The notes below the pieces were generated by a model, which made no database searches, was not told the DNA's origin, and worked only from the letters and a program-made list of their open reading frames with translations. This document shows positions 1 through 12,000 of a stretch of DNA of 64,000 nt, one piece after another (positions within the stretch are counted from its first letter, which is position 1; the number at the start of each line of letters is the position of its first letter). The DNA lies in the NCBI RefSeq assembly GCF_964204645.1, contig NC_134028.1, positions 23,928,345 to 23,992,344 of the forward strand, read 5' to 3'. This DNA is from Tubulanus polymorphus. Its lineage: Eukaryota; Animalia; Nemertea. The position numbers were made by a program, and so were the translations under genes.

Positions 1-2736
1 CTTGTATTGTTGAAGGATGATGGAAGATTTTTGTTGATTTTACCGAATTGTTGTGGACAAAAGTTCAGCAGTGTGTATGAAAGCTTGCAGCTCAAATCCC
101 TCAACGGGATCGCTGTATAATGGATGATTAACTGGCTGAACTTATTGTCCATTTTACAAACGGTGTCGACATCAATGTGAAGATACACAGACGATCTTAA
201 ATGTAGGTCGGTATCAGAAATTGTTTGTAGTTCATAACGTGAAAATTTTCGTTTTGACATCAGTTTGAATTGTGTATAAAAACTTTGGTTTTTATATTAA
301 CTCAAACAAAAATCTGAAAATGGAAATATGTTGAATATTTTTTGTCAGGTTTTGAGCGAATATTTTTACAATACTAACGTCCTTACAGATTCTGTAAGTA
401 GATATTTGTAAGATATATATGTGTAAATATTTTTGGGTTATACTGGTATTTTTACTGATCTCAATCGGAGTAGTTTTAGCTGTGTGTTCAGGGTATAATA
501 TACAGTTGTTTTTGACACAAATAAGCTTTTTACACAACAGATACATGTACCTGTACATTAGACATTAGTTCTTAGTGATAGCTTTATATTCGTTTGATAC
601 AGTATAATTGTCAGATCTATGTAATACGCGTTTGCTTAGATTTGTCATACAAAAAGAATTATCTAAGGATATTTACATCTTAGTAACATTCATATATAAA
701 AGGATTATACGATTAACTGTGCACCTAGTCACTGGATGTTTGGTGATAAATCGATAGATAAATGATATTGATGTATTTTACTCGTGTATCAGGGTAAATT
801 GTATTGTATTGTATTGTTAATAATGAATTCATTAAACTAACTAACGGGCCTGGGTGATGCAGTTCTTTGATCGAATTTAACCTTACAGTCTTCATTCAAA
901 TGGAACTTGGAGTTAAATGTGAGATTGGGTACCAGCATTTCCATTGAGGAATGGGGTTTTGGGAATTATCGAGTTTAAAGGACTCTATAGTTTCCACTGA
1001 TAAGAAATAAAATCTAGGAACACCATCCTTGCATCCGTGTAACAGCTGCGGTCCCGGTGTTGCATTTGTTATTTGTAGTGTATATATGTATATATATATA
1101 TATATATGTTATAGAATTTCTTGTGTGGATTAAATAAAATCATAGATTATAGAAAATGCAGTAAATCATCTTTTTTTCTCATCCATCTTTGTCGAGGATT
1201 TGTTTCAGCGAATGAGGCAGGCCGTGGGATAATTAACTATAGGATTGCCTAAAAGCCACCTGATAAAGTAAAATTGACAGTACCGCAATTCCATTATTAA
1301 AGAAATCGATCTGATTTACGTGATTAGAGTTCAGCCAATAGGATTTTATCGCATTCCCAGATAAACTTCTCGTATCTCAAATGATCGAAGTTGATCTGCT
1401 GGATTCATCGCGTCAGCGTCATGAACCGAACTACACAGAGCGTTTTCTGGCTTTGCTCGGCTGCGACAAATCGCAATCTGGCAATAAAGTGGGATTATAA
1501 ATTCAGCGTTTTAATGTACCTTTGTTTTTATTTCCCCGCTTGTTTACTCGGATTGTTTTGTAATATATTCACGTTGTTTATTTTACGACTGATGAAAGGT
1601 GCCGCGTATTATTTGTTAAAGGTTCTCGCTATCGGCGACCTATCGTTCATGCTAGCCGCCTTCGTTATGTACCCGTTAAGAACCGCCTTCATCTACGTTT
1701 ATTTGGGGGACGTTGTTTTTCGCATAGACGATTGGCATTTTGGAAAGGTGTTCATCGCTATCGCCTTGCCTCTTTTTTACACATTTCAAATGACCAGGAA
1801 TTGGCTTGTTGTTTTGTTAAGCTTCGAACGAGTGATCGTCACGACGTTCCCACTCAAGTCCAGATTATTCTGGACGCGAAAGACTGTAAATCTAAGCATA
1901 AAGTTTATCCTTTTGGTTTCGATTTCTGGGTATGCTTTGCACTTCGTCCCGTCCGCCATTCCAAAACCATTTTTATGCCGCGAAGAATGGCGGGATGTTC
2001 ACATCAATGGAAAGCCGATAATTCCACATACGACTGCGGACTCAATCCTTCTAGTCGAAATGTACGTCTACACGTTCGGAACTGTTATATTACCGATATT
2101 TCTCTTACTCGTGATCAACGCGGTTCTCATCTTACAAATAATTGTTGCCAACCGCAATCGCCGAAACAAATTCGCAACAAACGTCGATGCGACGCAGGCG
2201 CGGGAACAGACGAGAGTTCTTAAAATGACGTTCGCTGTAGTCGGGGTTTATGTGTTTTGCGAGGGCCCGGGTTTGTTCGACAGGATGGTCTTATTGGGTT
2301 GGTTGAATCGAATATCTGGGAAAGCAGATTTTGAGATGGTATTTAGAAAGATCTCGTTAGGGCTTACAATATGCGATTCGTGTGTGAACTTTTTTATTTA
2401 CTGTTTTACCAATGAGAGGTTTAAAGTCAAGGCTTTTGGTTATTTGTCTTGTTTCGTCATTAAAAACCAACCAGTTGTCAATTACGAAAGACAGTAATAA
2501 GTCTGATACATGCATCCCACCAAAAAGGAATAACTTGAAGGTTCAATAATTGCTCATTGTCACATTCTTAATGTCATGGCAAATTTTCAAACTTATTTGC
2601 TCCCGACCACTGTGCACGGCCAAATAATATGATGCAGAGCATGTGGGAGGAAGCCCGGACTCGGCACGATATGGTACACTAGATGCTATAGTCACAATTC
2701 TGATAATTCAACTTCGAAATACCACGAAAATTACTC
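1..2736 (+). repeat. Tandem segmental duplication, unit A (truncated by window start)
   Basis: Position 1 onward matches 3059 onward almost base for base; similarity ends at ~2736 / ~5519. Unit A has an extra ~290 bp at ~816-1106. Confidence 0.95.
1421..2497 (+). CDS. Intronless rhodopsin-like (class A) GPCR, FMRFamide-receptor-like/orphan peptide receptor type, copy 1 (358 aa)
   Basis: First in-frame ATG at 1421 (the track start at 1391 is TTG). Seven hydrophobic segments, TM2 LAxGD, TM3 SFERV (DRY equivalent) followed by FPLK, TM6 FCEGP, TM7 VNFFIY (NPxxY equivalent), N-terminal NRT sequon. Confidence 0.88.
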   Translation: MNRTTQSVFWLCSAATNRNLAIKWDYKFSVLMYLCFYFPACLLGLFCNIFTLFILRLMKGAAYYLLKVLAIGDLSFMLAAFVMYPLRTAFIYVYLGDVVFRIDDWHFGKVFIAIALPLFYTFQMTRNWLVVLLSFERVIVTTFPLKSRLFWTRKTVNLSIKFILLVSISGYALHFVPSAIPKPFLCREEWRDVHINGKPIIPHTTADSILLVEMYVYTFGTVILPIFLLLVINAVLILQIIVANRNRRNKFATNVDATQAREQTRVLKMTFAVVGVYVFCEGPGLFDRMVLLGWLNRISGKADFEMVFRKISLGLTICDSCVNFFIYCFTNERFKVKAFGYLSCFVIKNQPVVNYERQ

Positions 2737-3058
2737 AAGCAAGTAAATTGTCACTAATTGCCTGTCCAAACTTCACAGCAAGATGCACCTCATTGTAGAG
2801 TGTTTCGGAATTTTAATCAGTTTCAACCGTGGCGCTTCCAGAACATCGAAGTTCCCTTTTGGGATAAGCAAGTCCTTCAAAATTGGACTCTGGATCCGCC
2901 CCTGTTAAGCTTCCAATTGTCTGAATGTAAAAGACAGATTTTCTATATTCTAATAATTATGCAGTAATACGCCCATCTCTTAGATCGATTTAATTTCTGA
3001 TTTCTTCAGTTGATTGATTTAGGGCTCAGAGTGGATCCTTGTAAAGAAGTGTAATAAT

Positions 3059-5519
3059 CTTGTATTGTTGAAAGATGATGGAAGATTTTTGTTGATTTTA
3101 CCGAATTGTTGTGAACAAAAGTTCAGCAGTGTGTATGAAAACTTGCAGCTCAAATCCCTCGACGGGATCGCTGTATAATGGATGATTAACTGGCTGAACT
3201 TATTGTCCATTTTACAAACGGTGTCGACATCAATGTGAAGATACACAGACGATCTTAAATGTAGGTCGGTATCAGAAATTGTTGTAGTTCATAACATGAA
3301 AATTTTTGTTTTGACATCAGTTTGAATTGTGTATAAAAACTTTGGTTTTTATATTAACTCAAACAAAAATCTGAAAATGGAAATATGTTGAATATTTTTG
3401 TCAGGTTTTGAGCGAATATTTTTACAATACTAACGTCCTTACAGATTCTGTTAGTAGATATTTGTAAAGATATATATGTGTAAATATTTTTGGGTTATAC
3501 TGGTATTTTTACTGATCTCAATCGGAGTAGTTTTAGCTCTGTGTTCAGGGTATAATATACGGTCATAATATACAGTTGTAAAATAAGCTATTTACATAAC
3601 AGACACATGTACCTGTACATTAGACATTAGTGATTAGTGATAGCTTTATATTCGTTTGATACAGTATAATTGTCAGATCTACGTAATACGTTTTTGCTTA
3701 GATTTGTCATAAAAAAGAATTTTCTAAGGATATTTACGTCTTAGTCACATTCATGTATATAACGATTATACGATTAACTGTGCACCTAGTCACCGGGTGT
3801 TTGGTGATAAATCGATAGATAAATGATATTGATGTATTTTACTGGTGTATCAGGGTAAATTGTATTGTTATAGAATTGTTATAGAAATGTTATAGAATTT
3901 CTTGTGCGGATTGAATAAAATCATAGATTATAGAAAATGCAGTAAATCATCTTTTTTTCTCATCCATCTTTGTCGAGGATTTGTTTCAGCGAATGAGGCA
4001 GGCCGTGGGATAATTAACTATAGGATTGCCTAAAAGCCACCTGATAAAGTAAAATTGACAGTACCGCAATTCCATTATTAAAGAAATCGATCTGATTTAC
4101 GTGATTAGAGTTCAGCCAATAGGATTTTCTCGCATTCCCGGATAAACTTCTCGTATCTCTACTGATCGAAGTTGATCTGCTGGATTCATCGCGTCAGCGT
4201 CATGAACCGAACGACACAGAGCCTTTCTTGGCTTTGCTCGGCTGCGACAAATCGCGATCGGGCGATAAAGTGGGATTATAAATTCAGCGTTTTAATGTAC
4301 CTTTGTTTTTATTTCCCCGCTTGTTTACTCGGATTGTTTTGTAATATATTCACGTTGTTTATTTTACGAATGATAAAAGGTGCCGCGTATTATTTGTTAA
4401 AGGTTCTCGCTATCGGCGACCTATCGTTCATGCTTGCCGCCTTCGTTAAGTACCCGTTAAGAACCGCCTTCATCTACGTTTATTTGGGGGACGTTGTATT
4501 TCGCATAGACGATTGGCATTTTGGAAAGGTGTTCATCGCTATCGCCTTGCCTCTTTTTTACACATTTCAAATGACCAGGAATTGGCTTGTTGTTTTGTTA
4601 AGCTTCGAACGAGTGATCGTCACGACGTTCCCACTCAAGTCCAGATTATTCTGGACGCGAAAGACTGTAAATCTAAGCATAACGTTTATCCTTTTGGTTT
4701 CATTTTCTGGGTATGCTTTGCACTTCGTTCCGTCCGCCATCCCAAAACCATTTTTATGCCGCGAAGAATGGCGGGATGTTCACATCAATGGAAAGCCGAT
4801 AATTCCACCTACGACTGCGGACTCAATCCTTCGATTCGAAATGTACGTCTACACGTTCGGAACTGTTATATTACCGATCTTTCTCTTACTCGTGATCAAC
4901 GCGGTTCTCATCTTACAAATAATTGTTGCCAACCGCAATCGCCGAAACAAATTCGCAACAAACGTCGATGCGACGCAGGCGCGCGAACAGACGAGAGTTC
5001 TTAAAATGACGTTCGCTGTAGTCGGGGTTTATGTGTTTTGCGAGGGCCCGGGTATGTTCGACAGGATGGTCTTATTGGGTTGGTTGAATCGAATATCTGG
5101 GAAAGCAGATTTTGAGATGGTATTTAGAAAGATCTCGTTAGGGCTTACAATATGCGATTCGTGTGTGAACTTTTTTATTTACTGTTTCACCAATGAGAGG
5201 TTTAAAGTCAAGGCTTTTGGTTATCTGTCTTGTTTCGTCATTAAAAACCAACCAGTTGTCAATTACGAAAGACAGTAATAAGTCTGATACATGCATCCCA
5301 CCAAAAAGGAATAACTTGAAGGTTCAATGATTGCTCATTGTCACATTCTTAATGTCATGGCAAATTTTCAAACTTATTTGCTCCCGACCACTGTGCACGG
5401 CCAAATAATATGATGCAGAGCATGTGGGAGGAAGCCCGGACTCGTCACGATATGGTACACTAAATGCTATCTAGTCACAATTCTGATAATTCAACTTCGA
5501 AATACCACGAAAATTACTC
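3059..5519 (+). repeat. Tandem segmental duplication, unit B
   Basis: Near-identical to 1-2736, including non-coding flanks; lacks the 816-1106 insert and instead has TGTTATAGAA three times at ~3866-3897. Confidence 0.95.
4202..5278 (+). CDS. Intronless class A GPCR, copy 2 (358 aa)
   Basis: ATG 4202; same motifs as copy 1; 13 amino-acid differences counted by eye. Confidence 0.88.
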   Translation: MNRTTQSLSWLCSAATNRDRAIKWDYKFSVLMYLCFYFPACLLGLFCNIFTLFILRMIKGAAYYLLKVLAIGDLSFMLAAFVKYPLRTAFIYVYLGDVVFRIDDWHFGKVFIAIALPLFYTFQMTRNWLVVLLSFERVIVTTFPLKSRLFWTRKTVNLSITFILLVSFSGYALHFVPSAIPKPFLCREEWRDVHINGKPIIPPTTADSILRFEMYVYTFGTVILPIFLLLVINAVLILQIIVANRNRRNKFATNVDATQAREQTRVLKMTFAVVGVYVFCEGPGMFDRMVLLGWLNRISGKADFEMVFRKISLGLTICDSCVNFFIYCFTNERFKVKAFGYLSCFVIKNQPVVNYERQ

Positions 5520-5963
5520 TAACAAAAAATGCCGAGAGACCAGTCACGCGTAAGCACGAAATACATAAAAATGACGCTTTCATGCGGAGTCGCTGTGCGA
5601 CTCGCCGGCTCAGAGGAAATTTCAAGAGCAATCTTTTCATCAAAAAGTACGAAAATAATCTTTAGACTATGAGACTCATGGGCTATGGCCACTACGCCAC
5701 TGAGCTGCGTTGTTAATCCGTTCGGAATTTAATGTGCTACGTTGACCAGTCAAGCGTGGTGACCGAGTGTGGCACAGGGAAGCGAGTATAATACAACTGG
5801 TTTGAATTGATTGTCCGGCTCTTAGTCCGCAAGTTGAATTTGAAATTAGTTCAATGTTCATTTTGAAAACTTCCGGGTTTGGTTTGGTGTTACTATCACT
5901 GATTAAATCAATCAATCAATAGAGATAGTATGGTTTGATACGTAATGACAATGTGAATGAAAG

Positions 5964-8656
5964 ATGACGGCATCGAGTAATTTCACTAATGTAGCGCATG
6001 CAGTTTCGGGAGTGGTTGTAAGTTCATCTAAAAACTAAATATTCCCTCTAAATCACCACACGTCGTCAACAAATCAACTCAAAGAAATTTTATTACCGGT
6101 TTGAAATGAAAGTTGAACAACGCTGCGAATATTTTTTAGGGTGGAGCAACTGCGATGGTGATTCTGTATCCGCTAGAAATTGCGAGAACGCGATTACAAA
6201 TTGATGACTCCAAAAGCAGATCAACTCATAAAATCATTTTAGAAATACTTAAAAAAGAAGGCATGTAAGTTCTTCGAAAAGTTGATTGAAAATATCCTCA
6301 TTTTAGATAACATAACTCGAATTCAAAATAATTTAATTGATACCTAATATTTTCGAAGAGATTATCGGTTTTACAATTTGATTTAGTTAGTAGAAGTAAG
6401 GTAGTGTAGTAGTTATACAGTATGCCAAGCAATTTAGAAAGTTATTTTGGCATAATTAATTAAACAGTGAAAACATATGTTTACAAAAGAGTAGGAGGAG
6501 AGGGTTTTAGTACCAAAGAAAGAATTAAAAATGATTTATTTGTTTGTAAGCTATGATCATTAAATACTGTATTTAAATTACAGAAATGGTTTATACCGAG
6601 GACTCGGACCGATGCTTACAACAATCGCTGTCTCCAGTTTTGTATATTTTTACACGTATAACGGTCTGAAATTAATCGTGCTCCGCGAAGCTAAAACTGA
6701 TGTGTTAACCGATCTCGTCCTTGCATTTGCTGCCGGTAGTTTCATAATCGTTTACAAGTTTACTAGATAAATGATATAAAATCCATTTCCGCCATTTGAA
6801 CCAAATTAAAGTCCAAAATGTTCTCTTGAGCCAGTGGTTTAATTCGACGTTTTGAGTATGTCTTAATAGCTATCTTTGGAAATATTTAAGATACAACAAA
6901 ATTAAAACAATTAGGTCAGGTATAACCTCTAGTATGGTATCTTATCGCTTGATTAGTCTCTTTGTTCTGGATTGTGTATATATTTCATAATTTTATTGTA
7001 ACAACACTCTTCCTAAAGATGACTACTAGGATATAGTCGAAAAGTTGAAATATAGCCTACCACTAGCTAGCGGAAACATCTCGCAATTTTCGTGCATGAT
7101 TTTATATTTTACCTCTCAACGCAAACAGAGCGTTTCATTAATTAGTTCATTGAGTGATGGATTGTTTCTGTGTTACAGCTTGTGTGAATGTAATGGTGAC
7201 ATCTCCAATGTGGGTAGTTAATACTCGCATGAAGTTACAAGGTGCAAAACTGACGAGAGAAGATGCTGCCAAACAAGCGAAAGTTCAATATAAAGGCATG
7301 TTAGGTCAGTATCACTAAGCTGTACTGAAAACTTTCTAGGGGTCATTCATTTATTACGTACGCATTCGGCGAAGGGGGAGGGGTCAGTGCAATTGCGTAC
7401 TGTAATGCTTAATGTATATGAAAAAATTACCGATTTTGCGTACAGAGGGGGTTGAAAAATTCAAATTTTATGCGTACGTAATAAATGAATGATCCCCTAT
7501 TTCATTAACTGTGACTGATTTCTTGGCGCTTTGTTCTCCAGATGCTCTTTATAAGATATCACGCAACGAAGGATTAAAATCGTTATGGAGCGGTACGTTA
7601 CCATCTCTAGTCTTAAGTACGAATCCAGCCGTACAGTTCATGGTTTACGGAGCGTTGAAGCGTTACATGCAGTTGTTATCAAATACAGCGGTAAGTTTGT
7701 AATTTCATTGGGCTGCGTCGAGCTGGGAAAATATTAGGGTTCATTAGTTCTGAATCATCGAAGCATTATATGTAAATTGATGTAGTTGCTGAGTCGGCAA
7801 TAATGACGTGCCAGATGTTGACACAGATGAAGAGATACCTCTGATTAGAACAGATGTGTTTTATTACTGTTCCATATTTATTATGACGATTGAAATGTGG
7901 AATCGCGAAAACTACTGCGGCAATCAAGGATTTCACTTATTGCAAGAAACGCTCAAATTCTTCTACATCTCGATTAGAATCAAATGAACTTTTCTGTTGA
8001 AAAAATAGATTATTTATAAAGACTATACCAATCATTGAGTCGAAAAAAAGAATTTAATGTATATTTGGTAGGTCCTGTGATCATTTATGGATTTAGGTAC
8101 ATAAAAATTCAGTCCAAAGTTGATTTCAACTAATTTTGGCAACATTAGACCGAGTACTTGTCATGAGTCGATGATTTTCACATTTCATTCTAGGAGTTAA
8201 GCGGTGCTACATATTTCGTTATGGGAGCTGTCGCTAAAATGGTAGCTACATTCGTGACTTATCCTATACAGATAATTCAGACCCGTTCTCGAGTAAGTTA
8301 ACGGTTTCATTCTCAACCAGTCAATCGATAGATGCCATCTTCATTTAGACTTATTTAGACTTTATCACTATTTCAGTTCACCGAAGGCCATAAGGGACTA
8401 TTTACAGCATTAGTTGACTTAGTCAAGTGAGTATATTTCGCCTACTTTTGATACTTGTTTTCTGAGGCAGTTTCTGATATAGGGAATGACATGTTTTTGG
8501 TATTTCTCTTTCAGCGAGTATGGATTGTGTGGCCTCTACCGAGGATTAGGTGCTAAACTATCCCAAACAGTCTTGAATTCAGCGATTATGTTTTTGTTAT
8601 ATGAAAAAATATTGCATTTCATCTTCCGCGTTATGGGTAGAACTATAGAAAACTGA
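5964..8656 (+). CDS. SLC25A17: Peroxisomal membrane carrier PMP34 (SLC25 family), 8 exons
   Basis: GT-AG exons 5964-6017, 6140-6264, 6584-6735, 7179-7304, 7542-7690, 8194-8292, 8377-8426, 8515-8656. Translation HAVSGVVGGATAMVILYPLEIARTRLQID...SPMWVVNTRMKLQG...LWSGTLPSLVLSTNPAVQFMVY...YPIQIIQTR matches recalled PMP34 carrier repeats. Confidence 0.92.
6835..7060. repeat. Degenerate foldback repeat (relatives at ~15920-15990, ~39595-39945, ~54150-54200)
   Basis: Left arm ttcgacgttttgagtatgtcttaatagctatctttggaa is an imperfect reverse complement of right arm ttcctaaagatgactactaggatatagtcgaaaagttgaa. Confidence 0.7.
7339..7497. mobile_element. MITE in SLC25A17 intron 4
   Basis: ~27-bp TIRs GGGGTCATTCATTTATTACGTACGCAT / ATGCGTACGTAATAAATGAATGATCCCC, with TA on both sides. 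Confidence 0.85.
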
Positions 8657-9000
8657 CATTCCTGTACGCTTTGAAATTAAGATAATTGTTATATTCATGA
8701 TTTTACCAAGTTTTTTTTTTAATGTTCTAAAGAATTTAATACATGTATATGTGCTGTGTTGTCAAGAGTATCACTGAATGGTTGTCCCCATCAATCATAC
8801 GTTTTTAGACCAACGTTGAAAAATAAATATTTTATCCAATTTAGCAGATTCGCTTTGTTGTTTATCAATGAATTTTCGAGGCGATTTGAAAGGATGCCGA
8901 GGGTATTCATGATTCATCGTTGGGCAGCGGTACCGGGTACCGCCGAAGAGCCGCGCTAAACAATTACCGTCAGGTGCTGCCACCTGCATATCTAGCAGCA

Positions 9001-12000
9001 ATGGCTGCCACCGGAGTTCTACCGTTCGTTCGAGGAATAGATTTTACCCGAAATAACTTCTGCGTAAGTTTAAATTGTCAGTTGGTTTACATCAAAATTA
9101 CCGAAAACTATATGTGAATATATTTAAATACAAGATGAGAATTTTCCTTTGCAATAAATTGTAAAAAACGCCTTCGAATCTCATCTGGCAATCCCTCCTC
9201 ACTTGCCAGAGCCTCTCAGTTTTGACAGACAGTACTTTTTGTCTATTTTTTTTAGAATGGAAATCATCCCAATCATTTGCCGGACATGTCGGGCCTCAGA
9301 TGGCTCCGTCTTAACCATTCAGCAATGGACAGTTTGCCTTTTGAGTTGACAAGTCTCAAGAAACTGGTAAGAAGGAGGCCCTCACAAAAATAATTGTTAG
9401 ATAGGACTATATACTCGGTCAACACTTGTCTGAGATGAGAGATCACTTTCACAATATTTAACTCTTTATTTTTCGGTTAAATTGCTACTAATTACTTCAT
9501 ATTTTCAATTAGCATTTTAAGATTTAACTTTTTCCATCGAATCTTCATCGTACCCTGGACCTGTTTCTTTTGTTATTTGTTCTTTTTTGCTGACAGTTTT
9601 CTTTCTTTCGCAGGAACACTTAAGTGTCACCCACAACAAACTGGCCGACCTTCAGAATGTGAAATTCTCCGAGATGCCTTGCATTCGAGCGTTGGTCTTA
9701 CGCCATAACGACTTGACTTGCGATTCAATTCCATCCGACATATTCCACTTGGATGATTTGACTGTTGTTGTAAGCTGGCTACTTGCTGCGCCTAAATTTA
9801 CAATTTAAAACTGCGATAAAATGTCGAATAAACTTGTGTCATTATTACAGGATTTGAGTCACAATAATTTGACGACTATTCCCACAGATATGGAACTCGC
9901 TACTGGAGTTGTAGTATTAAATCTAAGTAACAACAAGTAAGCATCGCATCCACTAGCGCCACCTAGTAGACACCGTTGATCGCGTAGATTATTGAAGAAA
10001 TCAATGAATTCTTTATTTCAGAATCGAAAATATCCACAATCAGCTGTTCATCAATTTGACAAATCTTTACTATTTGGATCTGAGCAATAATCTTCTAGGT
10101 AGATATGAAATTCATTTTTTCGAATAGGCCTATAACGATTAAACCGATTTATAACCGCAACTTGTTCATTTCTAGGAACGATTCCGCCACAGATTCGCCG
10201 GTTGTCCAGTTTACAAGTTCTTATTTTGAATAATAACCAGATAAACGCCTCACAACTCAGGTAAATAGGGCCTTATTGATTCATTATTATTGAATGCAGA
10301 TGTGGATCCAGGGCTTTGGGTGCCGGAAAATTTCCATTGCATTATTTATTTCCAGTTTTTAAAAGCGACATCTCAAAGTGCATGTTACATTCACTTTAAA
10401 CATATGAGATGTTCAAACAGTACCTAAAAACGCTCAGATTTTCTCAGTGATGACCAGCAGAGCACCCCTGCCACACCCCCCTCCCCCTCCCCCTCCCCCA
10501 ACCCACTTTGAAAATCCTGGATCCACCTGTTAAACCTGATTGCATTTTGTAAACAATATGCGGTGCGTGTTCATTGTAGGCAGATATCATCGATGTTATC
10601 ACTGCATACGCTTCACCTGAGAAATACACAGAGAAATTTGAGTAATTTTCCTGCTGGACTCGACAACTTACAAAACCTTACTGGTAAATATGTCGAGTAA
10701 AACTCGATTATGAAATTGCAGTTGGGAGAATCGTCATACTATCGACTTATCCGAATGACACGACGTACACTTAGTTAATTGAATATTTTGATTAATAGAA
10801 TATAATTTGACCAATAATTTGATGAAAAGCTGGTTTCCCTCGCTTGATTTCAGATTTGGATATATCGTGTAACGAATTGCCCGTCGTTCCTGAGAGTTTG
10901 TATAAAATCAAAACTTTAAAACGACTGAATTTAAGCGGCAACGAAATCACTGAATTATCCCAGTTCGTTGGTAAGAATGAGAGAAATCGTGTATTACATC
11001 GTAGTTCAATGTTCTCTGAATGGAAATTTCAAAGTAGTCGTTTTTTAATTTTCAGATACTTGGGAATTTATGGAATATTTGAATTTATCGCGAAACAAGA
11101 TCTCAGAACTACCAGTAAGTGTCATCAGTGTCATTACGTCTGAGATAGATTCAACTTAGATCAAATTGATGATGAACGAAATGATTTTCAGGCGTCGCTG
11201 TGCAAGTTGAGTTATTTGAAGAAACTGTTTTGTAACAGTAATCAGTTGGACTTCAATGGAATTCCAGCCGGAATCGGTAAAATACACGACCTGGAAGTAT
11301 TCAGCGCAGCTAACAATAACCTAGAGATGATTCCGGAGGGTTTGTGCAGGTAAAACTCGAGCGAGCAATTTATTCATGTTTAATTTAATGATTAATGTAC
11401 AGTAACCCTCATCTACTCAGACTTTGGTTAAAATTGACTCGGAGACAAAAATGAAATATTTTCTGACTCGTGATGACGTATTTCCAATCCTTATCCCTTT
11501 CATTGTGGCTAATTAATTCGCTAAAATGCTGAAGAAGATTTGAAAATTTTAAGAAAATTCCACCCCAGTGTTTTGTATTAAAACAGGCATTCTGCAGAAC
11601 GGTGTCTCATTCACTTATATTTCACTATGTTATGACCGGCACTGACATCTTTTGATAGAGATGAAAACTAATTAGGGCCTACTGATAACATCGATACGCC
11701 GCAGCGCTGTCCAATTATGCCAGTTCTTTTTTAAACCCAAGTAGGACTACTTGGAAAATGAATATTAAATTCATTTCCATTGTTTTGACTGAAAAAGAGT
11801 CAAATATAAACTTTTCATTTTCCGTAGATGTGGAAAACTGAAGAAGTTGATCCTGAATAAGAATCGTCTGATCACACTGCCGGACGCGATTCATCTGTTA
11901 ACCGATCTCGAGGTGTTTAACGTCGATCAGAATCCCGATCTAGTCATGCCCCCGAAACCGGCCGAAATGCAAAAGGGAAGCGGCGTCGAATTCTACAATA

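Noticed and set aside
1732-2223. 163-aa ORF duplicated at 4513-5004
   Set aside because: Alternative frame inside the GPCR CDS with a TTG start; its conservation is explained by the recent duplication.
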